Source of the DNA: a virus
Direction: 5' to 3' (one strand)
IMG/VR virus record: IMGVR_UViG_3300023179_000020
Length of the DNA: 64,000 nt
In this document: piece by piece, positions 9,506-18,270 of the stretch
Layout: every line of letters starts with the position of its first letter
Numbering within the stretch: position 1 is the stretch's first letter
The notes under the pieces: model-generated
What the model was told of the DNA's origin: nothing
The model's input: the letters and a program-made list of their open reading frames with translations, nothing else
The model's database searches: none
Translations under genes and position numbers: made by a program

Positions 9506-10534
9506 ATGGCAGGACCATTTGACTTAACCGGTCAAAATATAGAGAATACATACCAACGAGTCCTACAAACACCAGATGGGGTTAACATTTATGATGGTAC
9601 TGGTTCCGCATTTACAGTTACGGCTGTAATTAATACAAGCAGTTTAGTAACAACTTCAAGTTTCAATGCGTTTACTTCAAGTATAAACAACTTTACATCA
9701 TCCTATAACACAGGTTCTTTTACTGGTAGTTTTACAGGTAGTTTTAACGGTACTGCGAGTTGGGCTGATAGTGCATCTCAAGCTACAACAGCATCCTATG
9801 CTTTAAATGGAGGAGTAACTAGATTATTAGAAGGACCTGGAATAAGTTTATCCCCAACTAATGGTTTAGGCAATGTTACTATAAGTTCTACAGCAGGTGC
9901 CTACAACACAGCCACAGGTTCATATGGCAGTTTCTATGACACTGGTTCTCAAACTGCTGTTAGTGCTACTACCATATACTCAATGTCTATATCTACAACA
10001 GATATTTCCAATGGTGTTTTTATAAGTGGTTCTACAAATCCGTATAACACTTATGTTAAAGTTACTAATGCTGGAGTATATAATATACAATTTTCTGCTC
10101 AGCTTAGAAACGCAGGAAATAACCCAGTAGATGTGACTGTATGGGTTAGAAAAAACAATATATCATCAACTAATGACATTGCTGATTCTTCGGGTAAATG
10201 TACTGTACCTGCTAAAAAAGGAGCTGTACCTGGTCATTTAATTGCTAGTTGGAATTATTACATATCATTAGCAAATAATGACTTTATTCAATTGTTATGG
10301 CATGCTGATACAAGCAATGATGTAACTTTAGAAACTATAGCAGCAGGAGTTAACCCAACCCACCCTAGAATCCCATCACTCATATTAACAGCACAACGTG
10401 TTGATACATTTTTAAGCAACACTGGATCATTTAGTGGATCATTTACCGGCGAATTAATAGGAACATCAAGTTGGGCTTCTCAAGCATTAACTGCTTCATA
10501 TTTTGACGGAGTAATAAATGGAGGTACTTTTTAA
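9506..10534 (+). CDS. Fibre protein with C1q/BclA-like head domain
   Basis: TGSFTGSF/TASYA repeats; NAGVYNIQFSAQL and L.NNDFIQLLW motifs; ends INGGTF. Confidence 0.6.
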   Translation: MAGPFDLTGQNIENTYQRVLQTPDGVNIYDGTGSAFTVTAVINTSSLVTTSSFNAFTSSINNFTSSYNTGSFTGSFTGSFNGTASWADSASQATTASYALNGGVTRLLEGPGISLSPTNGLGNVTISSTAGAYNTATGSYGSFYDTGSQTAVSATTIYSMSISTTDISNGVFISGSTNPYNTYVKVTNAGVYNIQFSAQLRNAGNNPVDVTVWVRKNNISSTNDIADSSGKCTVPAKKGAVPGHLIASWNYYISLANNDFIQLLWHADTSNDVTLETIAAGVNPTHPRIPSLILTAQRVDTFLSNTGSFSGSFTGELIGTSSWASQALTASYFDGVINGGTF

Positions 10535-10542
10535 TATTTATA
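10535..10542 (+). promoter_or_regulatory. Putative late promoter TATTTATA (start of cassette A)
   Basis: Recurrent motif. Confidence 0.6.
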
Positions 10543-10549
10543 AAAGATA

Positions 10550-11578
10550 ATGGCTACAATAATAATAAAAAATAGTACAGGTTCAAACTCAGTACCTGCC
10601 TCTTTATTGCAAGGAGAATTAGCTGTTAATACAGTAACAGGTAAACTGTTTTATGGTAGTGGTTCAGGAAATGCTGTAAGAGAATATACTGCTTCATTAG
10701 CATTAACTTCTTCAAATGGTTTTCCATATTCTGGTAGTGCTGTTATAACAGGTAGTTTAATAGTAAATAATGGAACTAATAATATTTTAACAGTTGACAC
10801 AATTAATGGAAACTATCAACTAAATGATGGTAGTGGTATTCTTAGTATAGATTGGAATAATAGAACTTTAAGTGATGGAAATAGAGCCCCATTAGACTGG
10901 TTTAACAGATACTTACAATCATCAAATGCTGATGAATTGTCTGTTGATTGGGAAAATAGAGTTCTATACGCAAGTGACGGAACAACAGCTCATTTAGATT
11001 GGAGTAATCCATCATATATGCAGTTAGGTGGTACAACTGAAAGTCCAATAACAAATGTATTAGGCATAGATGGTAGTGGTAGATTATACTACACTGCCTC
11101 AAGTGCAATTGGAGGAGGTGGTGCTTCTTTTCCATATACAGGCAGTGCAATAATTACTGGCTCATTAGTAATAACAGGCTCAACAACCTCAACTTCAGGA
11201 TTTACAGGTAGTTTATTTGGTACATCATCTTGGGCTGAAAGTGCTTCTCAAGCGTTAACTGCTTCATACGTAACAGGATCAATATTTACAAGTACAAATC
11301 CTGCTTTATCAGCATCATATGCGTTAACAGCAAGTTATGCGGCTAATGCTGGTAGTACTTTTAACTCGACTTCATCTGTTATAGGAAATGGATTATCATC
11401 TTCCTTTAATATAAACCACGGCTTTAACACAAGAAATCTTCATATTACAGTCTATGAAAGCAGTTCAAATGGAGAAACAGTATACCCAGATATAAGAAGA
11501 ATTAATGCTAATACAGCAAGTATCATATTTGCAAATCCACCTACATCAAACCAATATATAGTTTACATTTCACAGTAA
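10550..11578 (+). CDS. Fibre/adaptor protein, cassette A (Mtd-N-like N-terminus)
   Basis: IIIKNS..VPASLLQGELAVNTVTGKLFYG N-terminus; C-terminal NH..NT..HITVY..VYP domain shared with 14263. Confidence 0.65.
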   Translation: MATIIIKNSTGSNSVPASLLQGELAVNTVTGKLFYGSGSGNAVREYTASLALTSSNGFPYSGSAVITGSLIVNNGTNNILTVDTINGNYQLNDGSGILSIDWNNRTLSDGNRAPLDWFNRYLQSSNADELSVDWENRVLYASDGTTAHLDWSNPSYMQLGGTTESPITNVLGIDGSGRLYYTASSAIGGGGASFPYTGSAIITGSLVITGSTTSTSGFTGSLFGTSSWAESASQALTASYVTGSIFTSTNPALSASYALTASYAANAGSTFNSTSSVIGNGLSSSFNINHGFNTRNLHITVYESSSNGETVYPDIRRINANTASIIFANPPTSNQYIVYISQ

Positions 11579-11724
11579 TGTCACAGTTTTTAACTGAAAT
11601 ACAATTTGTTGCTACTGGGTCGATAGAAACACCTGACAGTGGGTTTGTCACCTTATACATGAATACAGATGGATTTATATATGTAAAATTTTCTGATGGA
11701 ACACAAGCAAGATTAACACCATAA
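11578..11724 (+). CDS. 48-aa stand-alone fibre-tip domain, cassette A (missed by the ORF track)
   Basis: MSQFLTEIQFVATGSIETPDSGFVTLYMNTDGFIYVKFSDGTQARLTP; TAATG overlap; paralogue at 15261. Confidence 0.75.
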   Translation: MSQFLTEIQFVATGSIETPDSGFVTLYMNTDGFIYVKFSDGTQARLTP

Positions 11725-11733
11725 AAAGTTGTT

Positions 11734-12873
11734 ATGAGTCAAATACTAAAAAGTTTACAGTTATCAACCACAGGATCAGCACCTGGAACACCAAACTCAG
11801 ATTTTGGAGTTGTGTACGCTAGTGGAAGCAATAAGTTTTTTTTTAAAAACGCTGCAGGTACTGAATTTGATTTAACAGCTACAAACGGTCTTATAAACAC
11901 ACTTTATTACACTGGCTCAGCTATAGGAAACGGAACAACACAAACATATACTTGGAACAAACCAGTTGGTTTAAAGTATATTGAAGTGTGTTGTGTTGGT
12001 GCTGGAGGTGGAGGTGGTGGCGGAATGAGGTCTACTAATAGTAGTACTGTTGGAGGAGCAGGAGGAGGTGGTGGAGCAATAGTTTGGCTAACTCTTGATG
12101 CTAATACACTAACAAATGCTAGTTATACAATTGTAGTAGGAGCTGGAGGTGCAGGAGGAGGAGGCAGTACAACTAGTACTGGAAACACCGGAATAACTGG
12201 AGGGACTTCTTCTTTTGGTACTTTAGTAATAGCAAGAGGAGGAGCAGGGGGAGTTGCTGGAGGATTTGCAATAAGTAGCCAAACTTCAGGAGGACAAGCA
12301 TTATTATGTACTCCTGCAGGATATCCATATTCTATAAACGGATGCAATGCCGGAACATTAGATGCTAATGCTATAGGCCCATCTTATGCTTCTCCGGCTT
12401 TTGTTATTTTCGATAATGCTGCTCTTACTTTAGATGAAGGTAGAACAGGTGGAGGTGTTTTAACTAATATTCCAAAAGGAAGAGGAGGAGGAGGAGGAGG
12501 ATATGGAGGAGGACTTCAAGGTGGAATCCATTCTGGGTCTCGTGGATCAAATGGATACCAATTTACTACACTAATTACAAATGGAGGATTTCCTGGTAGT
12601 GGTTCTAGTGGTCAAAATGCAACTACACCTACAGATAACATGATAACAACTCTTTTACAATTTAGTGGAAGTACAACAACTTATGGACTAGGAGGAGGAG
12701 GACACGGTGGAGGATACGGTTCTAGTGGAAATGGAGGAAATGGAAGCAATGGTGGTCTATATGGTGCAGCAGGTGGTGGAGGAGGACATTGTGGTACAGG
12801 ATCTGCTGCATTTAGAGGAGGAAACGGAGGATCTGGTTCTTCAGGTTTATGTATTATTACTGAATTTTATTAA
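11734..12873 (+). CDS. Glycine-rich adhesin A1
   Basis: TWNKP..KYIEVCCVGAGGGGGGG ... GGSGSSGLCIITEFY Gly-rich domain. Confidence 0.75.
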   Translation: MSQILKSLQLSTTGSAPGTPNSDFGVVYASGSNKFFFKNAAGTEFDLTATNGLINTLYYTGSAIGNGTTQTYTWNKPVGLKYIEVCCVGAGGGGGGGMRSTNSSTVGGAGGGGGAIVWLTLDANTLTNASYTIVVGAGGAGGGGSTTSTGNTGITGGTSSFGTLVIARGGAGGVAGGFAISSQTSGGQALLCTPAGYPYSINGCNAGTLDANAIGPSYASPAFVIFDNAALTLDEGRTGGGVLTNIPKGRGGGGGGYGGGLQGGIHSGSRGSNGYQFTTLITNGGFPGSGSSGQNATTPTDNMITTLLQFSGSTTTYGLGGGGHGGGYGSSGNGGNGSNGGLYGAAGGGGGHCGTGSAAFRGGNGGSGSSGLCIITEFY

Positions 12874-12879
12874 AAAAAT

Positions 12880-13986
12880 ATGCCTAAGTTTTTAAATACA
12901 ATTTATCAAATTACACAATCCGCTCCGGCTACTCCAAGCACAGGAGGAGTGTTATATGCCAGTGGAAGCAGTGTATTTTTTAAAAATACTACTGGTACTG
13001 AATATAATTTAACAGGCTCAAAAGGATATATACAAATTGTAGAGTACACTAGTAGTGGTACTTGGAGTAAACCAGCAAATGTTAAGTATATTAAATTAGC
13101 AGCAGTAGGTGCTGGAGGCGGAGGCGGTGGTGGAGCTAGAGATGCTGTAACTAATGCTGTAGGAGGAGGTGGTGGAGGTGCAGGTGGACAAATTTCTATT
13201 GTGTTTTATAACGCATCTGATATACCCGCAGGTTTATATACTGCTAGTGTAGCAACTTCTGCTAATGGAGGAGCAGGCAGAACAACAACTAATGGTGCAG
13301 GAACTGGAGGCTCTAGTGGTGGTACAACTTCTCTTGTTAGTGCTTCAAGAACATTAATTACTGCTGGAGGTGGAGGAGGTGGCACAGGTGGGGTTACAGG
13401 TGGAGGAAATGCTGCTGGAGGAAGCAATTCTGTTTCTGCTACTCTTTTAAACACCTTACCATTTCGTTTAATAGGAAATGGAGGAGGAAGATATGCTACC
13501 ACTCCTCAAGTTCCAACCCCTAATCCTGGTATTACTTATACTATATACCATGCTAGATCAGGATTTAGAGGAACCGGAGGAGGAGGTGCAGGTGGAGGAA
13601 TAACAGCAGCTGGAGGACTACAAAATGGAGCATCAGGATCCGGAATATATTTAATTGATGGAACTTTATTCACTTCAGGTAGTCCAGGTACCGGAGGTAG
13701 TACTCCTGCTAATTCAGGTAGTGATGGTGGTAGTAATATTGTTACAGCTGCATCCTTACTTTCATTTTCAGGAAGTGCTACAGTCACTTCTAGTTATGGT
13801 TTTGGAATGGGAGGACATGGTGCTGGAGGCGGTGATGCCGCAGGAACAGTAAATGGAGGTAAAGGTGGAGATGGTGGATTTTTTGGAGCTGGTGGTGGTG
13901 GTGGAGGAGGAGGTAGAGCAAGTTCAAACGGAGGAAGTGGAGGTAGTGGTGGAGCAGGTTATTTAATAATATTAGAATACTATTAA
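12880..13986 (+). CDS. Glycine-rich adhesin A2
   Basis: EYTSSGTWSKP..VGAGGGGGGG ... GGAGYLIILEYY. Confidence 0.75.
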   Translation: MPKFLNTIYQITQSAPATPSTGGVLYASGSSVFFKNTTGTEYNLTGSKGYIQIVEYTSSGTWSKPANVKYIKLAAVGAGGGGGGGARDAVTNAVGGGGGGAGGQISIVFYNASDIPAGLYTASVATSANGGAGRTTTNGAGTGGSSGGTTSLVSASRTLITAGGGGGGTGGVTGGGNAAGGSNSVSATLLNTLPFRLIGNGGGRYATTPQVPTPNPGITYTIYHARSGFRGTGGGGAGGGITAAGGLQNGASGSGIYLIDGTLFTSGSPGTGGSTPANSGSDGGSNIVTAASLLSFSGSATVTSSYGFGMGGHGAGGGDAAGTVNGGKGGDGGFFGAGGGGGGGGRASSNGGSGGSGGAGYLIILEYY

Positions 13987-13998
13987 AAAATAAAATAT

Positions 13999-14202
13999 AT
14001 GAAATGGTTTGTAATAAAAGATAATTATGTAATTGATAACATAGAATGGGATGGAACAACACCTTACACATACCCTTTCCCACATGATTTTTTAAAAGAA
14101 GATACTGAATTTGTAGCAGGAATTGGTGACTGGTATGAGTCTACTGAAGATATTTTTTATCGTCCTTTGGGAAAAACCCCACCTGATTTTCCTTCTGTAT
14201 AG
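13999..14202 (+). CDS. Small protein, possible fibre assembly chaperone
   Basis: AGIGDWY...F.RP motif; position after the adhesins. Confidence 0.5.
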   Translation: MKWFVIKDNYVIDNIEWDGTTPYTYPFPHDFLKEDTEFVAGIGDWYESTEDIFYRPLGKTPPDFPSV

Positions 14203-14216
14203 TTATAAATCTAAAT

Positions 14217-14233
14217 AGAACCAATTTGGTTCT
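14217..14233. promoter_or_regulatory. Perfect inverted repeat (operator or weak terminator)
   Basis: agaaccaa-t-ttggttct immediately before the late motif at 14240. Confidence 0.4.
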
Positions 14234-14239
14234 GTAACA

Positions 14240-14247
14240 TATTTATA
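14240..14247 (+). promoter_or_regulatory. Putative late promoter TATTTATA (start of cassette B)
   Basis: Recurrent motif. Confidence 0.6.
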
Positions 14248-14262
14248 ATAAAAATCTAGCCA

Positions 14263-15264
14263 ATGCCTACAGCTAACAATTCTTTAATATTAAGAGAAGT
14301 TTTAGGTCAAAAACTTTCCATTACACAAATGGATGGTGACCTTTTGTATTTGTCTACTACTTTATCCGCTTCTAGAGGAGACGGTATTATACAAGTAACA
14401 GGATCATCTTTTGATGCTAGTAATACAAACATTACAGGTTCAAGATTATCATTAATAAACATAACAGAAATTCCTGATACTCATGTTTTAACATACAACA
14501 CTACTACAAAACAAGTTAATTACACTGCCTCAAGTGCAATTGGAGGAGGTGGTAGTGGGACACCGAGTGCTCCAGTCAACAGTGTTCAATTTAACAATGC
14601 TGGTGCTTTTGGTGGAAATGCTAATTTTACCTTTACTAATAATTCTACTGCTTCATTAACTGGAAGTTTATTGGTATCAGGAGGATTAGAAATATCAGGA
14701 TCAACTAAACTATTTGGTTTAACAAATCCAACCGCTACTAATGTTTTAACCTATAACACAAGCACAGGACAAGTATTTTATACTGCCTCAAGTGCAATTG
14801 GAGGAGGTGGTAGTGGAGTACCAGGTGGTGCTAATACTACTATTCAATTTAACGATGCTGGTGCTTTTAGTGGTAGTGGAAATTTTACTTTTATAAAAGG
14901 TTCAAACCTTGTTACACTAACAGGTAGTCTAACAGTTTCAGGTTCAAACACTACTACAGAAATAAAATTTCAAAACTTACAAGAAAATCTTGTTCCTACA
15001 AGTTCTGTAATGATTGATGAAGCAACAGGAAAACTTTCATACATTAATTTTTGGTATTCTCAATCAATTGGAGGTGCAGGAGCTACTAGTATTCAAGTAA
15101 ACCATAATTTAGGAACAATTTTAGTACACGTTACAGTTATGTCTGGAAGTGCTCCTTATGATACTGTTTATCCTACAGTTCAAAGAACAAGTGCTAATCA
15201 AGTAACACTAATATTTTCTCAACCTCCTGCTACTAATGAATACATAGCATATATTTCAAGATGA
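14263..15264 (+). CDS. Fibre/adaptor protein, cassette B
   Basis: N-terminus LREVLGQKLSITQMDGDL resembles that of 708; internal duplicated (I/V)QFN..GAF.G..NFTF unit; C-terminal domain paralogous to 10550. Confidence 0.65.
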   Translation: MPTANNSLILREVLGQKLSITQMDGDLLYLSTTLSASRGDGIIQVTGSSFDASNTNITGSRLSLINITEIPDTHVLTYNTTTKQVNYTASSAIGGGGSGTPSAPVNSVQFNNAGAFGGNANFTFTNNSTASLTGSLLVSGGLEISGSTKLFGLTNPTATNVLTYNTSTGQVFYTASSAIGGGGSGVPGGANTTIQFNDAGAFSGSGNFTFIKGSNLVTLTGSLTVSGSNTTTEIKFQNLQENLVPTSSVMIDEATGKLSYINFWYSQSIGGAGATSIQVNHNLGTILVHVTVMSGSAPYDTVYPTVQRTSANQVTLIFSQPPATNEYIAYISR

Positions 15265-15434
15265 TAAATGTAGTAACCTCAATACAATTAGTAGAAACAG
15301 GATCAATTCCAACTACTCCCCCATCAGGTTATTTAACTCTTTATATGGGTACAGATAAAATTTTATACATTATAGATTCTAATGGTACTAGAAAACAATT
15401 AAATGGTCCTAATATTTCTTTTTCTTATTTTTAA
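15261..15434 (+). CDS. 57-aa stand-alone fibre-tip domain, cassette B (missed by the ORF track)
   Basis: MINVVTSIQLVETGSIPTTPPSGYLTLYMGTDKILYIIDSNGTRKQLNGPNISFSYF; ATGA overlap; paralogue of 11578. Confidence 0.75.
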   Translation: MINVVTSIQLVETGSIPTTPPSGYLTLYMGTDKILYIIDSNGTRKQLNGPNISFSYF

Positions 15435-15443
15435 ATTAATTTT

Positions 15444-16856
15444 ATGATAAAAGTTTTAGACACTATAAAATTTAGAACAACAGAATCTTCACCTTTACCC
15501 GGTGCTCAACCTGATAATTTTGGACTTTTATTTTCAAGTGCAAGTTCTTTAGGAGCATATACTACTTTATATTTTACTAATAATACTGGTCAATCATTTG
15601 ACTTAACAAATGCTAATTCGGGTAGTATAAACGTTCTTTATTATACTGGCTCAGCTATAGGGGATGGAACAACAAAAACATATACTTGGACTAAACCTAC
15701 TAACCTAAGATTGTTAAAAGTAATATGTTTAGGTGCTGGAGGAGGAGGAGGTAGTGGTTGTGCTTTATATAGTAATTTCCATACTGCTACAGGTGGAATG
15801 GGAGGAGGAGGAGGAGGAATTACATATACTCAATTCTTTGCAGAAGAACTTCCTAATAATGTTTCTATAACCGTAGGAGCAGGAGGAGCAGGATCTTTAC
15901 TTCCTGTAACTTCATCAAATGATAATTTTAATCAAATAGTAAACGCAACTTGGGCTCAATCTGGTTCTAAAGGAGGTAATACTTCTTTTGGTTCATATGT
16001 TATAGCAGAAGGAGGTTATGGAGGATATGGAGGTTCAATACTTAGTATTTACTCAGGAAGTCAATTCAAATCAGAAGTAGCTGTCCCAGGAGGAGGAAAA
16101 AACAGCATACCAAGTAGAGGACCATATTCTTTCTTTGGAATCCCAGGTGGAGGATATGCTAGTGGATTTACTTTAACAACAGGATCCGGAGCACATGCTG
16201 GGATAGCCAACAATCCTTTTGTAAGTTCACCTTATAGTTCTTTATCATCTCCTCAAACATTTCAAATATATTCTAGTGAGAATGAAATAAATTTACAATA
16301 CACTGGAGCTATACCTATAGCAGGAGCAGGAGGAGGGGCTGGAGGAGGAAGAAGCACTGATTTTTCAAGTTTTGGTGGAGAATTTGGAATTGGTAATGGA
16401 GGATCAGGATCAGGGGTGTTTACTTTTAATGGTACTCTAACAAGTGGAAGTGCTGGAGGAAGAAGAGCATCAGCAAGTACAGATCCTGCTATTTTTAATG
16501 TATTTACAGCAAGTAATGGTTTTAATGGTAATGATAATGTTGGTAAAGATATTATCACTCAACTTATACAAAGTTTTCCTTTAAAAGGATTTACTGCTTC
16601 TTATGGTTTAGGAACAGGAGGTGGAGGTGGAGGAGGTACTTATTTTTCTGGTTCTACTCATAGAACAAATAAAGTAGCAGGAAATGGAGGACATGGAGGA
16701 TTATACGGAGCTGGAGGTGGTGGAGGAGGAGGATGTGGTACATTTGCAGTCTCACCAACCCTTGTCCCAGCTCAAGGAGCCGGAGGAGGTTATCCTTGGA
16801 GTGGCACAGGAGGAAGTGGCTCCTCAGGTTTATGTATACTAGTAGAATACTTTTAA
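15444..16856 (+). CDS. Glycine-rich adhesin B1
   Basis: Shares LYYTGSAIG.GTT.TYTW.KP and GGSGSSGLCI..E with A1. Confidence 0.75.
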   Translation: MIKVLDTIKFRTTESSPLPGAQPDNFGLLFSSASSLGAYTTLYFTNNTGQSFDLTNANSGSINVLYYTGSAIGDGTTKTYTWTKPTNLRLLKVICLGAGGGGGSGCALYSNFHTATGGMGGGGGGITYTQFFAEELPNNVSITVGAGGAGSLLPVTSSNDNFNQIVNATWAQSGSKGGNTSFGSYVIAEGGYGGYGGSILSIYSGSQFKSEVAVPGGGKNSIPSRGPYSFFGIPGGGYASGFTLTTGSGAHAGIANNPFVSSPYSSLSSPQTFQIYSSENEINLQYTGAIPIAGAGGGAGGGRSTDFSSFGGEFGIGNGGSGSGVFTFNGTLTSGSAGGRRASASTDPAIFNVFTASNGFNGNDNVGKDIITQLIQSFPLKGFTASYGLGTGGGGGGGTYFSGSTHRTNKVAGNGGHGGLYGAGGGGGGGCGTFAVSPTLVPAQGAGGGYPWSGTGGSGSSGLCILVEYF

Positions 16857-16864
16857 TAAAAAAC

Positions 16865-17938
16865 ATGAAAATTTTACACAACATATCCTTAATAAAAACT
16901 TCATCTGCTGAACCATTAGCATCACAATCTGGAGTAATTTACTCTAGTGGAAGTTCCGTGTACTTAACAGATAAAAGTGGAGCAGTATTTGATTTAGCAG
17001 CTAATAAAGGTTCTATGGTAATAACGGAATATGTTACTCCTGGGATTTATACTTGGAATAAAAACCCTAGTATTAATTTTGATATTAAATACTTACAAGT
17101 AGTTTGTGTAGGAGCAGGAGCAGGTGGTGGAGGAGGACAATCCGGTGCCACTAATAGTTCTAGAAGTGGAGGTGGAGGTGGTGGTGGAGGATCTATTGCT
17201 ACTGCTTGGTTTGAATCTTCTTCTTTAACTACTAGTTCTTATACTATTCAAGTTGGTACTGGAGGAGCTGGAGGTGCAGGAGGAGGAAGTGGAGGTGCAG
17301 ATGGAAGTACAGGTGCTGATGGCGGTGATAGTTTTTTTAGATCTGGTTCTTCTACAATTTTAGTTCAAGGAAAAGGAGGAAAAACTGGTAATTCTTATAG
17401 TGTTGGTGGTGATTTTTCACTAGCATCCACTCCTAATTTATTTTATCAATTAGTAGGATCAAGAGGAGGAAATGCCAGTACTTCTCCTAATTTTAATAAT
17501 ACTCCTTTATATTCATTTAATAGTAGTATAGGAACAGGAGGAGGAGGTGGAGGAGGATCAATTAATGTTTCTAATACTGCTCAAGCTGGAGCAACAGGCT
17601 CTGCTGTTTTTAAAAACGGACAATTGATTTTTACAGGTTCAGCAGGAACAGCTGGAGGTTCTGGCATAAACGGACAAAATGGTGTAAATAATTTTATAAA
17701 TGGATTAGTTTTAGCTGGTTTTTCTAGTAGTCTATACTCTTCTTCTTACGGTGTAGGAACACCGGGCCATGGAGGAGGAGCAAGTAGTCTTAATACTATC
17801 AATGGCGGAAATGGAGGATCAGGAAGTATTGGATGTGGTGGTGGAGGTGGTGGAGCAGGAACATCAGGAGGAGCAGCAAGCGCAGGAAACGGTGGAAAAG
17901 GTGGTGATGGGTATGTTCTTTTAATAGCCTATTACTAA
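16865..17938 (+). CDS. Glycine-rich adhesin B2
   Basis: Start moved to ATG 16865 (MKILHNISL..), which aligns with A2; ends GGDGYVLLIAYY. Confidence 0.75.
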   Translation: MKILHNISLIKTSSAEPLASQSGVIYSSGSSVYLTDKSGAVFDLAANKGSMVITEYVTPGIYTWNKNPSINFDIKYLQVVCVGAGAGGGGGQSGATNSSRSGGGGGGGGSIATAWFESSSLTTSSYTIQVGTGGAGGAGGGSGGADGSTGADGGDSFFRSGSSTILVQGKGGKTGNSYSVGGDFSLASTPNLFYQLVGSRGGNASTSPNFNNTPLYSFNSSIGTGGGGGGGSINVSNTAQAGATGSAVFKNGQLIFTGSAGTAGGSGINGQNGVNNFINGLVLAGFSSSLYSSSYGVGTPGHGGGASSLNTINGGNGGSGSIGCGGGGGGAGTSGGAASAGNGGKGGDGYVLLIAYY

Positions 17939-17950
17939 TAAAAATTTATA

Positions 17951-17958
17951 TATTTATA
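17951..17958 (+). promoter_or_regulatory. Putative late promoter TATTTATA
   Basis: Recurrent motif. Confidence 0.6.
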
Positions 17959-17970
17959 ACAAAATAAATT

Positions 17971-18219
17971 ATGACAACAAAAGTTTTAACCCAAGAAGAA
18001 ATTACACAACTAAAAAAAGTTCAACAAGACAGAGCCAACCTAATTGAAAAATTTGGTGTATTAGAAATACATAGACAAGAACTAAAACTCCAAGAACAAC
18101 AATTATCTTCTAGTTATCAACAATTAAAACAACACGAAGAACAATTAGGAAAACAACTCCAAAACAAATATGGAGACGGAACTATAGATTTAGAAAAGGG
18201 AGAATTCATAAGTAGTTGA
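17971..18219 (+). CDS. Small coiled-coil protein
   Basis: Q/L/K heptads; KYGDGTIDLEKGEF tail. Confidence 0.7.
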   Translation: MTTKVLTQEEITQLKKVQQDRANLIEKFGVLEIHRQELKLQEQQLSSSYQQLKQHEEQLGKQLQNKYGDGTIDLEKGEFISS

Positions 18220-18237
18220 TTTGTACATTCTCCAAGA

Positions 18238-18245
18238 TATTTATA
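18238..18245 (+). promoter_or_regulatory. Putative late promoter TATTTATA
   Basis: Upstream of the sheath gene. Confidence 0.65.
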
Positions 18246-18270
18246 ATAAAAATAAAAACACTTTAACAAA

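Noticed and set aside
16733-16864. N-terminal extensions given by the ORF track (16733; likewise 4132, 48993, 56399, 57513, 59779)
   Set aside because: They overlap upstream genes or promoters; downstream ATGs fit paralogue alignment or promoter position better.
10550-17938. Diversity-generating retroelement acting on the adhesins
   Set aside because: No reverse transcriptase and no TR/VR pair with adenine-specific mismatches is visible, despite the Mtd-N-like domain.
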